Positions 9,781-19,987 are shown, counted from the first letter of the stretch. The stretch: 64,000 nucleotides of DNA from Candidatus Colwellbacteria bacterium CG10_big_fil_rev_8_21_14_0_10_42_22 (GCA_002773725.1 PFAH01000002.1:59590-123589); one strand, 5' to 3'. Made by a program: numbers and translations. Notes: generated from the sequence alone by a model not told the origin.

Positions 9781-11220
9781 TTAACTTTCTAATAGCTTGA
9801 TATCTCTCTCGAATTGAGCTGCATGCTCTATAACGGCACGCCCATAAACATCGGTGCACACATATCTTTGCCAATTACCTCCACAATAATATCTAGCTGC
9901 CGCAGCCAACTCGTTTGATGAAGCTCCAGAATCTTTAAGATAAAGTCCTGATGCTACGAAGGCGTCCAAATTGTTCCACGGATTGGCGGGTCTATTGCCA
10001 GTTACCGCCTCCACGCGCGCCTTATACCCTATCCAAGTTGATGGAATGAACTGGGCAGGACCCATTGCGCCTCCATAAGATCCGTCTGATGTAATCGGAC
10101 AAGAGACATAAACTTTGTCCGGGTCTATGTTCAGTTCTTTTACGATTTGTAAGAATGGAGTTATATCGTCTCGTCTGGATTCTGGGGGTCCAGGCGCCAT
10201 AGCGGTCTTATAATTACACTGCCCCACATTCCTACCAAGGGCGGACTCTCTATCAAGCACAGCCAAAATAAGAGCAGCCCTCACGCCCGTTCTCTTTTCT
10301 GCATACTTAGCAAAATTGTAGGCCTCTTCAAATGTCATTTGCCCACCACCCAATAGGCGAAAGATTCTAGCTCTAATTTCAGCAGCGCTTCTTTCGGTAA
10401 CGGTTAGGAGTTGTTGGTAAGTGGCCTCTTCGCCCTTGGTCACATTAAGCAAGGTGTCTTTTTCTGACTTCACAGAATCAACTTCCTGTTTTTGCTTAAC
10501 CTGATAAAGACGAAGCGCCTCCACGTCGGATTTCTCAAGAGCCAGTATTTCTTTATGAGTAATCAACTCCTCTTGGGACTCGGCAAGCTCTATTAGGGTA
10601 TCTTTTAAGCCCTCTTGCACCACCAGAAGATCATTAACGCTAGTAAAGAAATCGGAAAGGTTTTGGTTAGCTAATAAGATTTCTAATATACCCTTTTCGT
10701 CGTCTCGGTTCATTCGTTGAACTACGTCCGAAAGGATGGTCTTGCTACGCCCGATCCTGCTCCTAACCTCTTCTATTTTTGAGGCAGTGCTTTTGATTTG
10801 TCCATTTAATTTATTTAAAGAAGAATTAATTGTATCTATCTGGCCATTAATACTGGCTATACGAGCATTGAGGCGGTTTATCTCTCCCTGAAGGGTGTCT
10901 CCCTTTTTTTGATATTCTTTAATCGTCTCCTGATATTGCTCTATCTGATATTCATACTGTTGAAGTTGGTCTTCCAGCTGTTCACGTTCTTGCTCAACAG
11001 TTAAGGCCCTAACACCTCCGCCAATCGGAGCAAAAACAGAACCGTTGGTCATAAGCACAAATCCAATAGCCACCAAAGTTCCTAAAACAGGCCTTATATA
11101 AGGAACTCGTGTCTTTGTCTTAGAGATAGGACTCAAGTTAACGCGCCCCGAACGTGGGGCAAAAACATCAACCCTCGACCCTCTCCTTATATCTATCAAT
11201 AAGCGAGGTTTGGGTCTCAT
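9781..11220 (-). CDS. Coiled-coil protein with a C-terminal lytic transglycosylase (MltB/SLT_2-like)
   Basis: TM segment, long heptad region, LAVLDRES, GAMGPAQFIPSTW, ANPWNNLDA. Confidence 0.88.
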   Translation of the reverse strand: MRPKPRLLIDIRRGSRVDVFAPRSGRVNLSPISKTKTRVPYIRPVLGTLVAIGFVLMTNGSVFAPIGGGVRALTVEQEREQLEDQLQQYEYQIEQYQETIKEYQKKGDTLQGEINRLNARIASINGQIDTINSSLNKLNGQIKSTASKIEEVRSRIGRSKTILSDVVQRMNRDDEKGILEILLANQNLSDFFTSVNDLLVVQEGLKDTLIELAESQEELITHKEILALEKSDVEALRLYQVKQKQEVDSVKSEKDTLLNVTKGEEATYQQLLTVTERSAAEIRARIFRLLGGGQMTFEEAYNFAKYAEKRTGVRAALILAVLDRESALGRNVGQCNYKTAMAPGPPESRRDDITPFLQIVKELNIDPDKVYVSCPITSDGSYGGAMGPAQFIPSTWIGYKARVEAVTGNRPANPWNNLDAFVASGLYLKDSGASSNELAAAARYYCGGNWQRYVCTDVYGRAVIEHAAQFERDIKLLES

Positions 11221-11318
11221 TGCTATTTATTATAACGTATCAAGGGCCCCCTTAGTTAGCGTCTTTGTCCCCTAAATCAGTTTTACCGATCGGGCAGACC
11301 ACCTCCTTGAGCGACGCT

Positions 11319-12002
11319 TTAGGCGTTTAGCTTGGCGGTTTTATCCTCATCATCATCTTCACCTTCTTTTGTTTCGCCATCTCTATCTTTCTTCTCGCCT
11401 TCAACCTCAATATCTTCTGGAGATAGCTCTTCCTCTAGCTCCTCCTCTTCTTCTCTCGGCTCCGTAATGCTTGCCACTACTGTTTCGTCATCCGTTAATA
11501 TTTCAAACTTAGCTCCAACTTTTAGGTCAGCCACCGTAATCGATTTACTAAAGTCATCTAAGACAGAAATGTCCACTTTTATCTCGTGAGGAATGTCTGA
11601 CGGCAATGCTTCTACTTCTACTTCATCCAAAACCTTGTTTAAGATTCCACCCAGTTCCTCAACTGCACGTGATTCTCCAACATATTCCAAAGGCACATGA
11701 GTCGTTACCTTTTTCTTTAAATCAACTTGGTAAAAATCAATGTTTAAAAGCTCGTCCGTAACAGGATTAATGTGAACTTCGTGAACTAATACCGGCCTTG
11801 TCTCTTCACCAAAAACCAAATTTATCATAGTGTTTTCTCCGGCCTCTTTATAAATTCTGGAAAAGTCGGCTTCTTTTATCTGAAGATGTTCGTTTTGGGC
11901 ACCGCTTCCATACAATTCAGCAGGAATCAAGCCATTTTTACGTAGGGTTTTTGTTTTTTTACCTAAAATTTCGCGCTTTTGCGCCTGAATCTCTAAAGTC
12001 AT
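11319..12002 (-). CDS. rplY: 50S ribosomal protein L25/Ctc
   Basis: LRKNGLIPAELYG, NIDFY, P.DIPHEI.VD, acidic tail. Confidence 0.96.
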   Translation of the reverse strand: MTLEIQAQKREILGKKTKTLRKNGLIPAELYGSGAQNEHLQIKEADFSRIYKEAGENTMINLVFGEETRPVLVHEVHINPVTDELLNIDFYQVDLKKKVTTHVPLEYVGESRAVEELGGILNKVLDEVEVEALPSDIPHEIKVDISVLDDFSKSITVADLKVGAKFEILTDDETVVASITEPREEEEELEEELSPEDIEVEGEKKDRDGETKEGEDDDEDKTAKLNA

Positions 12003-12013
12003 AGCAGGAGGGA

Positions 12014-12886
12014 TTATAGCATCCCGTTAAACAATTTCAATCTGTCTTTAACCACTTCATACACCCCCTCTTCTGATGCTGGGAAAACTTTATAAGGAGC
12101 TACTTGGGTTTTATCTTCCAACGCTCCTTCTATACCTTTGCGCCAAGCTACTCTTAATTCTGTATTTATATGAATTATGCGTATCCCCGCTTCTATGGCA
12201 GATCTGAAATCCTCGTCACTAATACCCGAACCGCCATGCAAGACCATGGGCACGCCGATTGATTTACCAATTGAACGAATCAATTCTATATCTAATTCGG
12301 GATTGGGAGTATTTTTAAACATTCCATGGAGATTGCCTACTGCTGGAGCAACTAAATCTACTCCCGTTTCTTCCACAAATCTTTTAACTTCTTCGACTGT
12401 CGGTAGCGCATCCCCACTTACCACCGCTCCTTCGGGAACTTCCTCTAAAATCTTGGATGATTTTCCTATATATCCCAACTCTCCTTCCACAAACACATCT
12501 TTGTCTATTCTTTTAACTAAACCGACCGCTTCTTTTGTTTTGTTGATATTCTCTTCTAAACCCTCGCTGGCTACGTCAAAGATAACAGCATCGTAGCCAG
12601 CCACCACTGCCTCCTTTATTTTCTCTAAAGATCTAAAATGGTCAGCATTTAAAAATATTGGATGATCTAGTTCTTTGCGAGCGTCCAAAACCATTGAGAC
12701 AGCTACGTTTAAATCTATGAATTCTGCTTCGCCTTCAGAGGTGCCAATGATTACAGGCACGCCCAACTCTTTCGCAGCTTTAGTAATGCCATGAAAAGCC
12801 GCTATGTCTGAAGTATTAAAATGCCCTAAGGCCACCTCTCTTTCTTTAGCCCACTCAAGAGCAGCTCTTAAAGTTTTTATCTTCAT
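12014..12886 (-). CDS. fba: Class II fructose-bisphosphate aldolase
   Basis: LNADH, EGELGYIG, AVGNLHG, VLHGGSG, INTE. Confidence 0.93.
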   Translation of the reverse strand: MKIKTLRAALEWAKEREVALGHFNTSDIAAFHGITKAAKELGVPVIIGTSEGEAEFIDLNVAVSMVLDARKELDHPIFLNADHFRSLEKIKEAVVAGYDAVIFDVASEGLEENINKTKEAVGLVKRIDKDVFVEGELGYIGKSSKILEEVPEGAVVSGDALPTVEEVKRFVEETGVDLVAPAVGNLHGMFKNTPNPELDIELIRSIGKSIGVPMVLHGGSGISDEDFRSAIEAGIRIIHINTELRVAWRKGIEGALEDKTQVAPYKVFPASEEGVYEVVKDRLKLFNGML

Positions 12887-13878
12887 ATTTTACAGGGCTT
12901 ATATGATTTTGGAGCTCGAGCTAAATATGACTCAAGCTGATGTTTAATTAGAAGTCCTGCCCTAGCGCCGGTTTTCTGCACTACTGCCATTGAATTAATG
13001 GGGGCTCGTAGGAGCGCTTCTTCGATAGTGCCATTGCCAGCTAAAATAGCAGTGAAAGTGCTTGAGAATGCATCTCCTGCCCCGGTTCTTTCAAATGGAG
13101 GTTTGGAATCAGGATAAATAGGCATGAACCAATAATTGCCACCCTCTTTTACGTAGGCGCCCTCTTTACCATCCGTAATCACAACTATTTTAGGACCGAG
13201 TTTAGCTAAATTGTTTAAAAGTTTCTTAATATTCCCTTCTTTGGTATTGAGAATTCTTTGCGCCTCTTCTTTGTTAGAAAAGAAAAGTTCTGTGTGACGA
13301 TATATGCCCCTTAACTTCTCCTTGCCTAATTGCATCTGGAAAGTGCCTGGCTGAAAAGCAAGTTTAACTTTTGGGTGTTTTTCTAAATATTTTTGAACCT
13401 CCTTATGAAAAGAAAGCGTATTTTCCCCAACAGAAGAAAAGTAAATCCATTTGGGCTCGCCGATGAAAGGTAAAGAGTATTTGTATGTTTCGTGTTTAAT
13501 AAGGATTGTTCTCTCTCCCTTGAAGGATAAAACGTAGTGGTAGTTGCTCTTCTTGCCTTTGTGTACCTTTATAAAATCTTTGGCTACTTTCTCTTTTTTA
13601 AACACAGCTAGGGCCTCTTCTCCGTTTCTATCGTCGCCGATATTTGATACAAAGGCACTCTTGAGGCCTAAACGGGCGGCACAAACGGCAGCGTTTGCGG
13701 CGTTGCCAACTGCTGGCACTACTTCTACGCTTTCGTAAGGTATCTTATCTGCAAAACGCATACAAATTAGTTTGTTACCGTGGTCAATACTGTGGACCTT
13801 CGCCTCTTGAAGCTTGATGAAGGCATCTGTGGTCTGATCGCCGATGGCGATGAAATCATATTTTGTCTTATTTGCCAT
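12883..13878 (-). CDS. PfkB/ribokinase-family carbohydrate kinase
   Basis: GNAANAA...ARLG, ITDGKEG, RTGAGDAF. Confidence 0.92.
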   Translation of the reverse strand: MANKTKYDFIAIGDQTTDAFIKLQEAKVHSIDHGNKLICMRFADKIPYESVEVVPAVGNAANAAVCAARLGLKSAFVSNIGDDRNGEEALAVFKKEKVAKDFIKVHKGKKSNYHYVLSFKGERTILIKHETYKYSLPFIGEPKWIYFSSVGENTLSFHKEVQKYLEKHPKVKLAFQPGTFQMQLGKEKLRGIYRHTELFFSNKEEAQRILNTKEGNIKKLLNNLAKLGPKIVVITDGKEGAYVKEGGNYWFMPIYPDSKPPFERTGAGDAFSSTFTAILAGNGTIEEALLRAPINSMAVVQKTGARAGLLIKHQLESYLARAPKSYKPCKI

Positions 13879-14869
13879 TTTTTCTTTTAATCACTCTTTT
13901 AACTGCCAATTTGATATCTTTAACAGCCATGCCATATTTATCAATCAATTCTTCGGGCTTGCCAGATTCACCAAAAACCCCTTGTATTCCAATGAATTCT
14001 TGGGGCGTTGGCAATTGGTTAGCCAAAAGTTCTGCTATCGCACTACCCATGCCACCTTCGATTTGATGCTCTTCAACCGTCACTACGGCTCCACAACGCT
14101 TAACCACATCCAAAACTCTAGTATTGTCCATAGGTTTAATAGTGTGATTATTCAAAACCAACGTTTCTATTCCTTCACTTTCAAGCTCTTTAGCTGCCAC
14201 AAGGGCATTATAAACAAGAGAACCGCAAGCGATAATAGCGCATTTGGGATCTTTTGAGTCCCAAAAAACCTCGGCTTGGCCAGGATAAAAAGGCGTATCG
14301 GGCGATGTAATGACGGGCGTTTCTTCTCTAGTATATCTAATATAGACCGGCCCCCAAACGTCGGTAGCTGAAAGGGTTGCTTTACGTGCTTCGTGAACAT
14401 CGCAGGGAACAATCACGCGCATATTGGCCATCACTCGCATAGTGGCAATATCCTCAATGGCCTGATGTGTCGCACCATCGGGACCCACACTAATACCCGC
14501 ATGGTGTCCGGCAATTTTAACATTGGCATTGTTGTATGAAATATTTGTTCGAATCTGCTCCCAATTTCTGCCCGGAGAAAAAGTAGCGTATGAAGCTATA
14601 AAAGGAATTTTACCCGAGACCCCTAAGCCAGCTGCTACACCAGCCATGTTTTGTTCCGCTACTCCAAGCTCAAAAAATCTTTCCGGAAACTTTTTAGCAA
14701 AAGCCGTGCTTTTAGTTGAATCTTTCAAGTCCGCACAAAGCGCCACCACTTCTGGATGTTTTTCACCGGCTTCGACTAGGCCTTCACCGTAACCGTTTCT
14801 AATCGGAATTTTTTCAGGATTCTTATTAAAAACCGTCTTATTTAATTTTTGTTCTCTTGCTAATGCCAT
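13868..14869 (-). CDS. Transketolase C-terminal subunit
   Basis: GVAEQNM, GPDGATHQ, TVEEH. Confidence 0.95.
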   Translation of the reverse strand: MALAREQKLNKTVFNKNPEKIPIRNGYGEGLVEAGEKHPEVVALCADLKDSTKSTAFAKKFPERFFELGVAEQNMAGVAAGLGVSGKIPFIASYATFSPGRNWEQIRTNISYNNANVKIAGHHAGISVGPDGATHQAIEDIATMRVMANMRVIVPCDVHEARKATLSATDVWGPVYIRYTREETPVITSPDTPFYPGQAEVFWDSKDPKCAIIACGSLVYNALVAAKELESEGIETLVLNNHTIKPMDNTRVLDVVKRCGAVVTVEEHQIEGGMGSAIAELLANQLPTPQEFIGIQGVFGESGKPEELIDKYGMAVKDIKLAVKRVIKRKNGK

Positions 14870-14870
14870 C

Positions 14871-15728
14871 TTAGTCGTATTCTGATCTAATCTTGCCCTT
14901 TATGCTTCTTAGTTCTTTAATAGCCCTTTCTTTTTCCTGACCGTTAGGCACCTTACCGTGCCAATTGAAATCATACTCCATAAAGCTTACTCCCTTACCG
15001 GGAATGGTGTGCGCAATTATCAAAGTGGGCTGATAGGAGATGGCTTTTGCTTCATTGGTGGCATCTATTATCTCTTCCATGTTGTGACCGTCTATGTCTA
15101 TAACGTTCCAGCCAAATGCTTCGTATTTTTCACGTAACGGTTCGAGGGGCATCACGTCCTCTGTTAAACCATCTATCTGGATATTGTTTCTATCTATGAT
15201 GGCGGTGATGTTTGAAAGTTTGTTTTTGCCGATAAACATAGCCGCTTCCCAAATCAAACCCTCCTGCTGTTCACCATCAGACATCAAACAATAGATTCTG
15301 TGTTTTTTTCCATCTAACCTAGCCGCTAAAGCCATCCCGGCTGCCTGCGATAGTCCAGCGCCTAGAGGACCTGAAGTGGCATCAATACCGGGCAAGGTTT
15401 CTCGATGGGGGTGGCCCTGCAATCTAGAATGTATCTTCCTCAAACTTTTTAATTCTTTCAGGGGAAAATAACCGGCGTATGCCATGGCAACATATTGCAC
15501 AGGAACGATATGTCCGTTAGATAAAATTAACCTGTCTCTATTTTCCCAATTCGGCTTTTTGGGATCATGCTTTAACACATGAAAATAAAGGGCGGTAAAC
15601 ACATCGGCCATACCCAAAGACCCAGCAGAGTGTCCGCTACCAGCATCTTCAAGAGCTTCAACAATCTTACGTCTAATTTTGTTAGCTGTTTTTTCTAAAA
15701 ACTCCTGTTCTTTTTCGCTTAAATACAT
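14871..15728 (-). CDS. Transketolase N-terminal subunit
   Basis: SGHSAGSL, DRLILSNGH, LQGHP, SDGE..EG..WEA. Confidence 0.95.
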   Translation of the reverse strand: MYLSEKEQEFLEKTANKIRRKIVEALEDAGSGHSAGSLGMADVFTALYFHVLKHDPKKPNWENRDRLILSNGHIVPVQYVAMAYAGYFPLKELKSLRKIHSRLQGHPHRETLPGIDATSGPLGAGLSQAAGMALAARLDGKKHRIYCLMSDGEQQEGLIWEAAMFIGKNKLSNITAIIDRNNIQIDGLTEDVMPLEPLREKYEAFGWNVIDIDGHNMEEIIDATNEAKAISYQPTLIIAHTIPGKGVSFMEYDFNWHGKVPNGQEKERAIKELRSIKGKIRSEYD

Positions 15729-16360
15729 TAGATAAGTAATTCTAATTCTCTATATGCTTGGCTCGGATCCGGACTTTCAAAGATATAACTGCCAGACACC
15801 AGTATATCAGCGCCAACACCTAAAAATTGTATAGCCGTCTCCGGATCTACCCCTCCATCTACCTCTATTTTAACACCCCGATTTTCCCCTCGCAAAAATT
15901 CTATTTTTTTAGGAGCACCAGAACTCATTTTATGTCCACTAGGACCAGCCGGAACAGTTAATAAATTCACGTAATTAAATTTATTAAGATAGGGCAAGGC
16001 ATCCTCTTTGGCGGTGTTGATATCCAAAGATGGTACCAACTCCGCACCGCCCGCTTTAACTTGCTTTATAAGGTCTTCGTTAATTTTCTCCACCGGTACA
16101 ATAATTCGCCTCGCGCCCACTCGTAACCAATCATGAACTCTCTTTTCTATATCTTCTACCATTAAATGAACTTCTATGTTTAGGCGAAGATTAAGGGTTA
16201 TGAAGTCATGCACATCTCCCCAACTTTTCGTTTTGGTATATTTACCATCTGAAACATCTATATGTATCCAACCGATAGAAGGTGGCAAAAATCTCTCGGC
16301 TAAGCGAATGTTTCTACTGGCGCCCGTGAAATCCGGGCAATTAATGGCTGGTATGATCAA
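15728..16360 (-). CDS. rpe: Ribulose-phosphate 3-epimerase
   Basis: HIDVSDG, EVHLM, IEVDGGV, VSGSYIF. Confidence 0.93.
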   Translation of the reverse strand: MIIPAINCPDFTGASRNIRLAERFLPPSIGWIHIDVSDGKYTKTKSWGDVHDFITLNLRLNIEVHLMVEDIEKRVHDWLRVGARRIIVPVEKINEDLIKQVKAGGAELVPSLDINTAKEDALPYLNKFNYVNLLTVPAGPSGHKMSSGAPKKIEFLRGENRGVKIEVDGGVDPETAIQFLGVGADILVSGSYIFESPDPSQAYRELELLI

Positions 16361-16796
16361 GGGCTTTTAGTTGTTCTATTCTTCGTTTATGGTTTTCCTC
16401 TTCAGAGAAAGGTGTTTGCATCCAAACGCTAACTGTTTTAAGAGCTACATTCGCCTCAATAAAATCAGCTCCTAAGCATAAAATATTTGTATCGTCGTCA
16501 CTTCTACTAACCATTGCATGGTCTGGCGACATTGCCAAAACGCTTCTAACGTTTGCAAATTTATTGGCGGCAATATCCATCCCCACGCCCGAGGCGCAAA
16601 CCAACACCCCCCTACTGTTTTTAGAATCCATTGAAACTCTTTCTGCTACAGATTTTGCATAGTCGGGATAATCGTCGTTCTCAAGAATCGCTTCAGCACC
16701 CATATCGTGGACGGCATAACCGCTATTTTGCAAAAGGGCTTTTATTTGTTCCTTGAGGTTAAAACCACGATGGTCGGCACCTAAATATATAACCAT
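16341..16796 (-). CDS. rpiB: Ribose-5-phosphate isomerase B
   Basis: GADHRG, DYPDYA, CASGVGM..AANK, HKRR. Confidence 0.94.
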   Translation of the reverse strand: MVIYLGADHRGFNLKEQIKALLQNSGYAVHDMGAEAILENDDYPDYAKSVAERVSMDSKNSRGVLVCASGVGMDIAANKFANVRSVLAMSPDHAMVSRSDDDTNILCLGADFIEANVALKTVSVWMQTPFSEEENHKRRIEQLKALDHTSH

Positions 16797-16802
16797 TTTA
16801 AG

Positions 16803-17819
16803 TTAGACCAAGCTTGAAGCGTTTTCGACGTGGCGAACAAGCGTAGATACATATCCGGCTTCATTGTCATACCACGAAATCACCTTAACTAAACTGCCAT
16901 CCACCACTCGAGTGAAAGCCAAATCCACCACCGCTCCATAGGGCTCACCGATAATATCAGTAGAGACCACCTGTTCGTCAGTTACTTTCATGATGTTTCT
17001 CCAGCGTGGGGAACCAGCCGCTTTTTTAAGTAAATCATTAACTTCTTTAACGCTGGTTTTCTTTTTAGAGATAAAGGTTATGTCCGCTAAAGAAACTGCT
17101 ATCACCGGCACCCTAAAAGCTACTCCGTCAAACTTACCGTCCATCTCGGGAATGGCCCTGCCCACCGCAATAGCTGCTCCGGTTGATGTGGGAACAATAT
17201 TTTGAGCTGCCGCCCTACCTTTTCTAAAATCCTTTCCCTTGGTCTCTGTGTCTACCAGTCCCTGGCTGGCAGTGTATCCATGCACGGTTGATAGCATCGC
17301 CTTTTCAATACCTAGTTTTTCAGATAAAGCAGAGATAACTGGCGAAGTGGCATTCGTCGTGCAAGAACCATTTGAAGTCAAAACCACCGATTCAAGTTTC
17401 TTTTCATTCACTCCAACTAAAACCGTAGCCCCCTCTTTACCATCAGCGTCTTTCGAGGGAGCGGTAATAACCACTCTTTTAGCCCCAGCCCTAAGGTGTG
17501 GTTTAGCTTTCTCATAGGAGTTGAAAACACCAGTTGCCTCAACCACAATATCCACTCCCAACTTTTTCCAAGGCAGTTTAGCGGGATCGGATTCTTGAAG
17601 AACCTCTATTTTCTTATTACCAATTACCAACTTCCCACTCGAAAATTTAACTAAATCTTCGTATCTACCATAAACGCTGTCATATTTAAAAAGATAGGCA
17701 AGATTTTCCGGATCTCCTAAATCATTAATAGCGACTATTTCTAAATTCTTATTATTAAGGGCCTGCCTTAAAAAAAGCCGACCAATTCGGCCAAAGCCGT
17801 TTATTGCTACTTTGCTCAT
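16803..17819 (-). CDS. gap: Type I glyceraldehyde-3-phosphate dehydrogenase
   Basis: INGFGRIGR, SCTTN, WYDNE. Confidence 0.97.
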   Translation of the reverse strand: MSKVAINGFGRIGRLFLRQALNNKNLEIVAINDLGDPENLAYLFKYDSVYGRYEDLVKFSSGKLVIGNKKIEVLQESDPAKLPWKKLGVDIVVEATGVFNSYEKAKPHLRAGAKRVVITAPSKDADGKEGATVLVGVNEKKLESVVLTSNGSCTTNATSPVISALSEKLGIEKAMLSTVHGYTASQGLVDTETKGKDFRKGRAAAQNIVPTSTGAAIAVGRAIPEMDGKFDGVAFRVPVIAVSLADITFISKKKTSVKEVNDLLKKAAGSPRWRNIMKVTDEQVVSTDIIGEPYGAVVDLAFTRVVDGSLVKVISWYDNEAGYVSTLVRHVENASSLV

Positions 17820-17837
17820 ACAATTATTATACCCTAT

Positions 17838-18302
17838 CTATTCAAATCGAATGCTAACATCTGTACCCTTTTTTATACCTAGAGCACTAGCTCTACCCGA
17901 TGCTATTTCCAACACGTAATTTACTCTCTGCGGAGAGGGATATCTCTTCTTTTTATAAAGTGGCACATTAATCTCGGGATCAACCCGGTGCTCAACTCCG
18001 ACCACTTGATTATCTTTAATCCAAATAATATCTATAGGGATTAACATATCCTTCATCCAAAACTTTCTATTTGTAGGTGAGTCAAAAACAAAAAGCATGC
18101 CTTCGTTTTGAGCTAACGCATCTTCGCCCCCCAAACCCTTAGCTTGTTGAATGGCCGTGTTTGCGACATCTACCCTAAACTCCTGCCCACTGACCACAAT
18201 GGTCGCCTTTTTATATTGCGCTTTTGGTAACCAATCGCCTCTTAGAAACCAAAAGATAAGAAACGCTGTTGCTACTAATCCTAATATATAAATGGATTTC
18301 AT
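17838..18302 (-). CDS. DUF192 family protein
   Basis: GL...GMLFVF...FWMK..LIPIDIIW...YVLE. Confidence 0.9.
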   Translation of the reverse strand: MKSIYILGLVATAFLIFWFLRGDWLPKAQYKKATIVVSGQEFRVDVANTAIQQAKGLGGEDALAQNEGMLFVFDSPTNRKFWMKDMLIPIDIIWIKDNQVVGVEHRVDPEINVPLYKKKRYPSPQRVNYVLEIASGRASALGIKKGTDVSIRFE

Positions 18303-18772
18303 TTTTTGTTTTTATATTTCAAATTATACGCCACGATACTAAAGGCGACGGCTACGTTTAAGGATTCTTTTATGCCTCCCATTGGAATCTCTAACACCTT
18401 GTCCGCTCTTTTTAAAACAGAAGCCGGCAATCCTCTCACCTCATGCCCCATCACTAGAGCGTATCTCTCGTTTTTAGGGATGTATTTATAAAAAGGAATT
18501 GAGTTGTCCGCCTGTTCAATCGCTATAACTTGGTAGCCATCTTTTTTAAGTTTGTCTAAAAGGCGAGTGGTAGAAACACGTTTTTCATACGACACGGATG
18601 ATTCTGAACCCAAGGAGGTTTTTAAAAATTTAGGTCTTATTCTCCCAAGTTTATCCAGGGGTGAGGGCGTAACTCCACAAAGATATATTTTCTCCACGCC
18701 TAAAGCATCGGCTGTTCTAAACACAGAGCCGGTGTTGAACATGCTTCTTACGTTGTCCAAAACTACTATCAT
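18299..18772 (-). CDS. TrmH/SpoU-family RNA methyltransferase
   Basis: NTGSVFRTADA, MGHEVRG, IPMGG..ESLNVAVA. Confidence 0.93.
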   Translation of the reverse strand: MIVVLDNVRSMFNTGSVFRTADALGVEKIYLCGVTPSPLDKLGRIRPKFLKTSLGSESSVSYEKRVSTTRLLDKLKKDGYQVIAIEQADNSIPFYKYIPKNERYALVMGHEVRGLPASVLKRADKVLEIPMGGIKESLNVAVAFSIVAYNLKYKNKK

Positions 18773-18796
18773 TTATCTAAATCATAACACTCAAAA

Positions 18797-18867
18797 ATAA
18801 AACAAGACCCACGTAGGGTCTGTTAGAGGAAACGGTAGGGATGAAACCCTTTCCGTTCCCTCCAACG
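18797..18867 (-). terminator. Tandem hairpins and terminator of cassette 2
   Basis: GTTGGAGGGAACGG...CCGTTTCCTCTAAC, then AGACCC-loop-GGGTCT-TGTTTTATTTTT. Confidence 0.65.
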
Positions 18868-18868
18868 A

Positions 18869-19255
18869 TTAGTCGATGGAACGAAGTCCGTTGAGGCGAC
18901 GCATCACCTCTCGTGGAATTTGGTCGAATTCTTCGATCTGAAGAATCCTTGTTCCACCGGCACAGTTGCGCTTCGTGACTCCCTTCAGGCATTCACCCTC
19001 AAGGAGAACACGGCCTGTATGACAGGAGACATCCCTCCGCAGACGGACGTCATATGCCAAGGCCCTGCCTCCAAGAAAGTTGACGGGTGGATCAAATTCC
19101 CCCTGAACTCTGCGATGGTCAGGACCATCATCAGTCCACTCGTCGCCACGAAGGCGCTGGCGCAATGCATCCAAGATGTAGCGGAAGATCATCTCTTCCT
19201 CTCCTATCGAAGGCGCATCGCCCAATCTGTAGTAGTGGGTACGTTTACTTCCCAC
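18869..19255 (-). CDS. GC-rich ORFan (cassette 2), 128 aa
   Basis: AAAGGAAG before the GTG start; promoter TTTACA-18-TATAAA at 19315-19344; terminator right after the stop. Confidence 0.65.
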   Translation of the reverse strand: MGSKRTHYYRLGDAPSIGEEEMIFRYILDALRQRLRGDEWTDDGPDHRRVQGEFDPPVNFLGGRALAYDVRLRRDVSCHTGRVLLEGECLKGVTKRNCAGGTRILQIEEFDQIPREVMRRLNGLRSID

Positions 19256-19354
19256 GGTTTTCTTCCTTTCTTCCCCGCCGTGGGCTCTCCTTCTAGCGAC
19301 AGCGCTAGATTGTTTTTATATCACATTCAATAGTTTTGTGTAAACCCCAAAAAC

Positions 19355-19384
19355 AAAAAAAAGCCGTTCCATATGGATACGGCT
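19355..19384 (-). terminator. Terminator of cassette 3
   Basis: AGCCGT.TCCA-TA-TGGAACGGCT followed by a T-run. Confidence 0.75.
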
Positions 19385-19457
19385 CCTGGGAATTGATTTA
19401 AAGACTCAATTCCTACAAATTCCGGCTTTCGGAATCTGCCCCATAGGTCTTTGGAAG

Positions 19458-19583
19458 CTATTGCCTCTCATTCAACTTCTCCTTCTCTTTCTCAGGATCT
19501 GACGCTCCCTGAAGAGCGCAGAACAGAAGGAGAAGCGCGATTCCGACAAGGAACGCGACCACTCCAAAGATGACCCATCCCAT
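19458..19583 (-). CDS. 41-aa single-TM small protein, not in the ORF track
   Basis: GGGAGGAGG then ATG; MGWVIFGVVAFLVGIALLLLFCALQGASDPEKEKEKLNERQ. Confidence 0.7.
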   Translation of the reverse strand: MGWVIFGVVAFLVGIALLLLFCALQGASDPEKEKEKLNERQ

Positions 19584-19653
19584 TTCCCCTCCTCCCAAGG
19601 GTTTTAAGGAGGGGCGACCAGCGCGGTCGCCCCTCCGGGATTATGCGAATTAC

Positions 19654-19851
19654 TTACTCGTCCGGACTTCCCAACACAAGGGTGATGTAGTAAATCCCTG
19701 CCCCCACAAGGGCAAAAATCAACGAATCGACCCAAACGTTGGCTGTCGGATTCAACTCCTGCCAACCATCCACGCTCTTAACGAGCCAAACGATGAACAG
19801 GTAGAAGGCCCCGAAGAAGAAGACCCGACGGATAAGAGAATACCGTTGCAC
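19654..19851 (-). CDS. 65-aa two-TM small protein (cassette 3)
   Basis: AGAGGA 6 nt before GTG; two hydrophobic helices. Confidence 0.68.
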   Translation of the reverse strand: MQRYSLIRRVFFFGAFYLFIVWLVKSVDGWQELNPTANVWVDSLIFALVGAGIYYITLVLGSPDE

Positions 19852-19958
19852 GATACATCCTCTCTGTAATCCGCCCGCTTTTTCACCCCGGTGGTAATGT
19901 GCGTATCATAAGAATTCCAGCGCGGAACCCTGTGCCTAGACCTTCTAGACACACGTTT

Positions 19959-19987
19959 ACACTACCATATTTGATATCCTTTGTCAA
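19959..19987 (-). promoter_or_regulatory. sigma70-type promoter of cassette 3
   Basis: TTGACA-17-TAGTGT with extended TG. Confidence 0.65.

Noticed and set aside
11258-11318. Hairpin containing AAGGAGGTG after rplY
   Set aside because: No suitably spaced ATG/GTG start or ORF follows; most likely a 3' stem.
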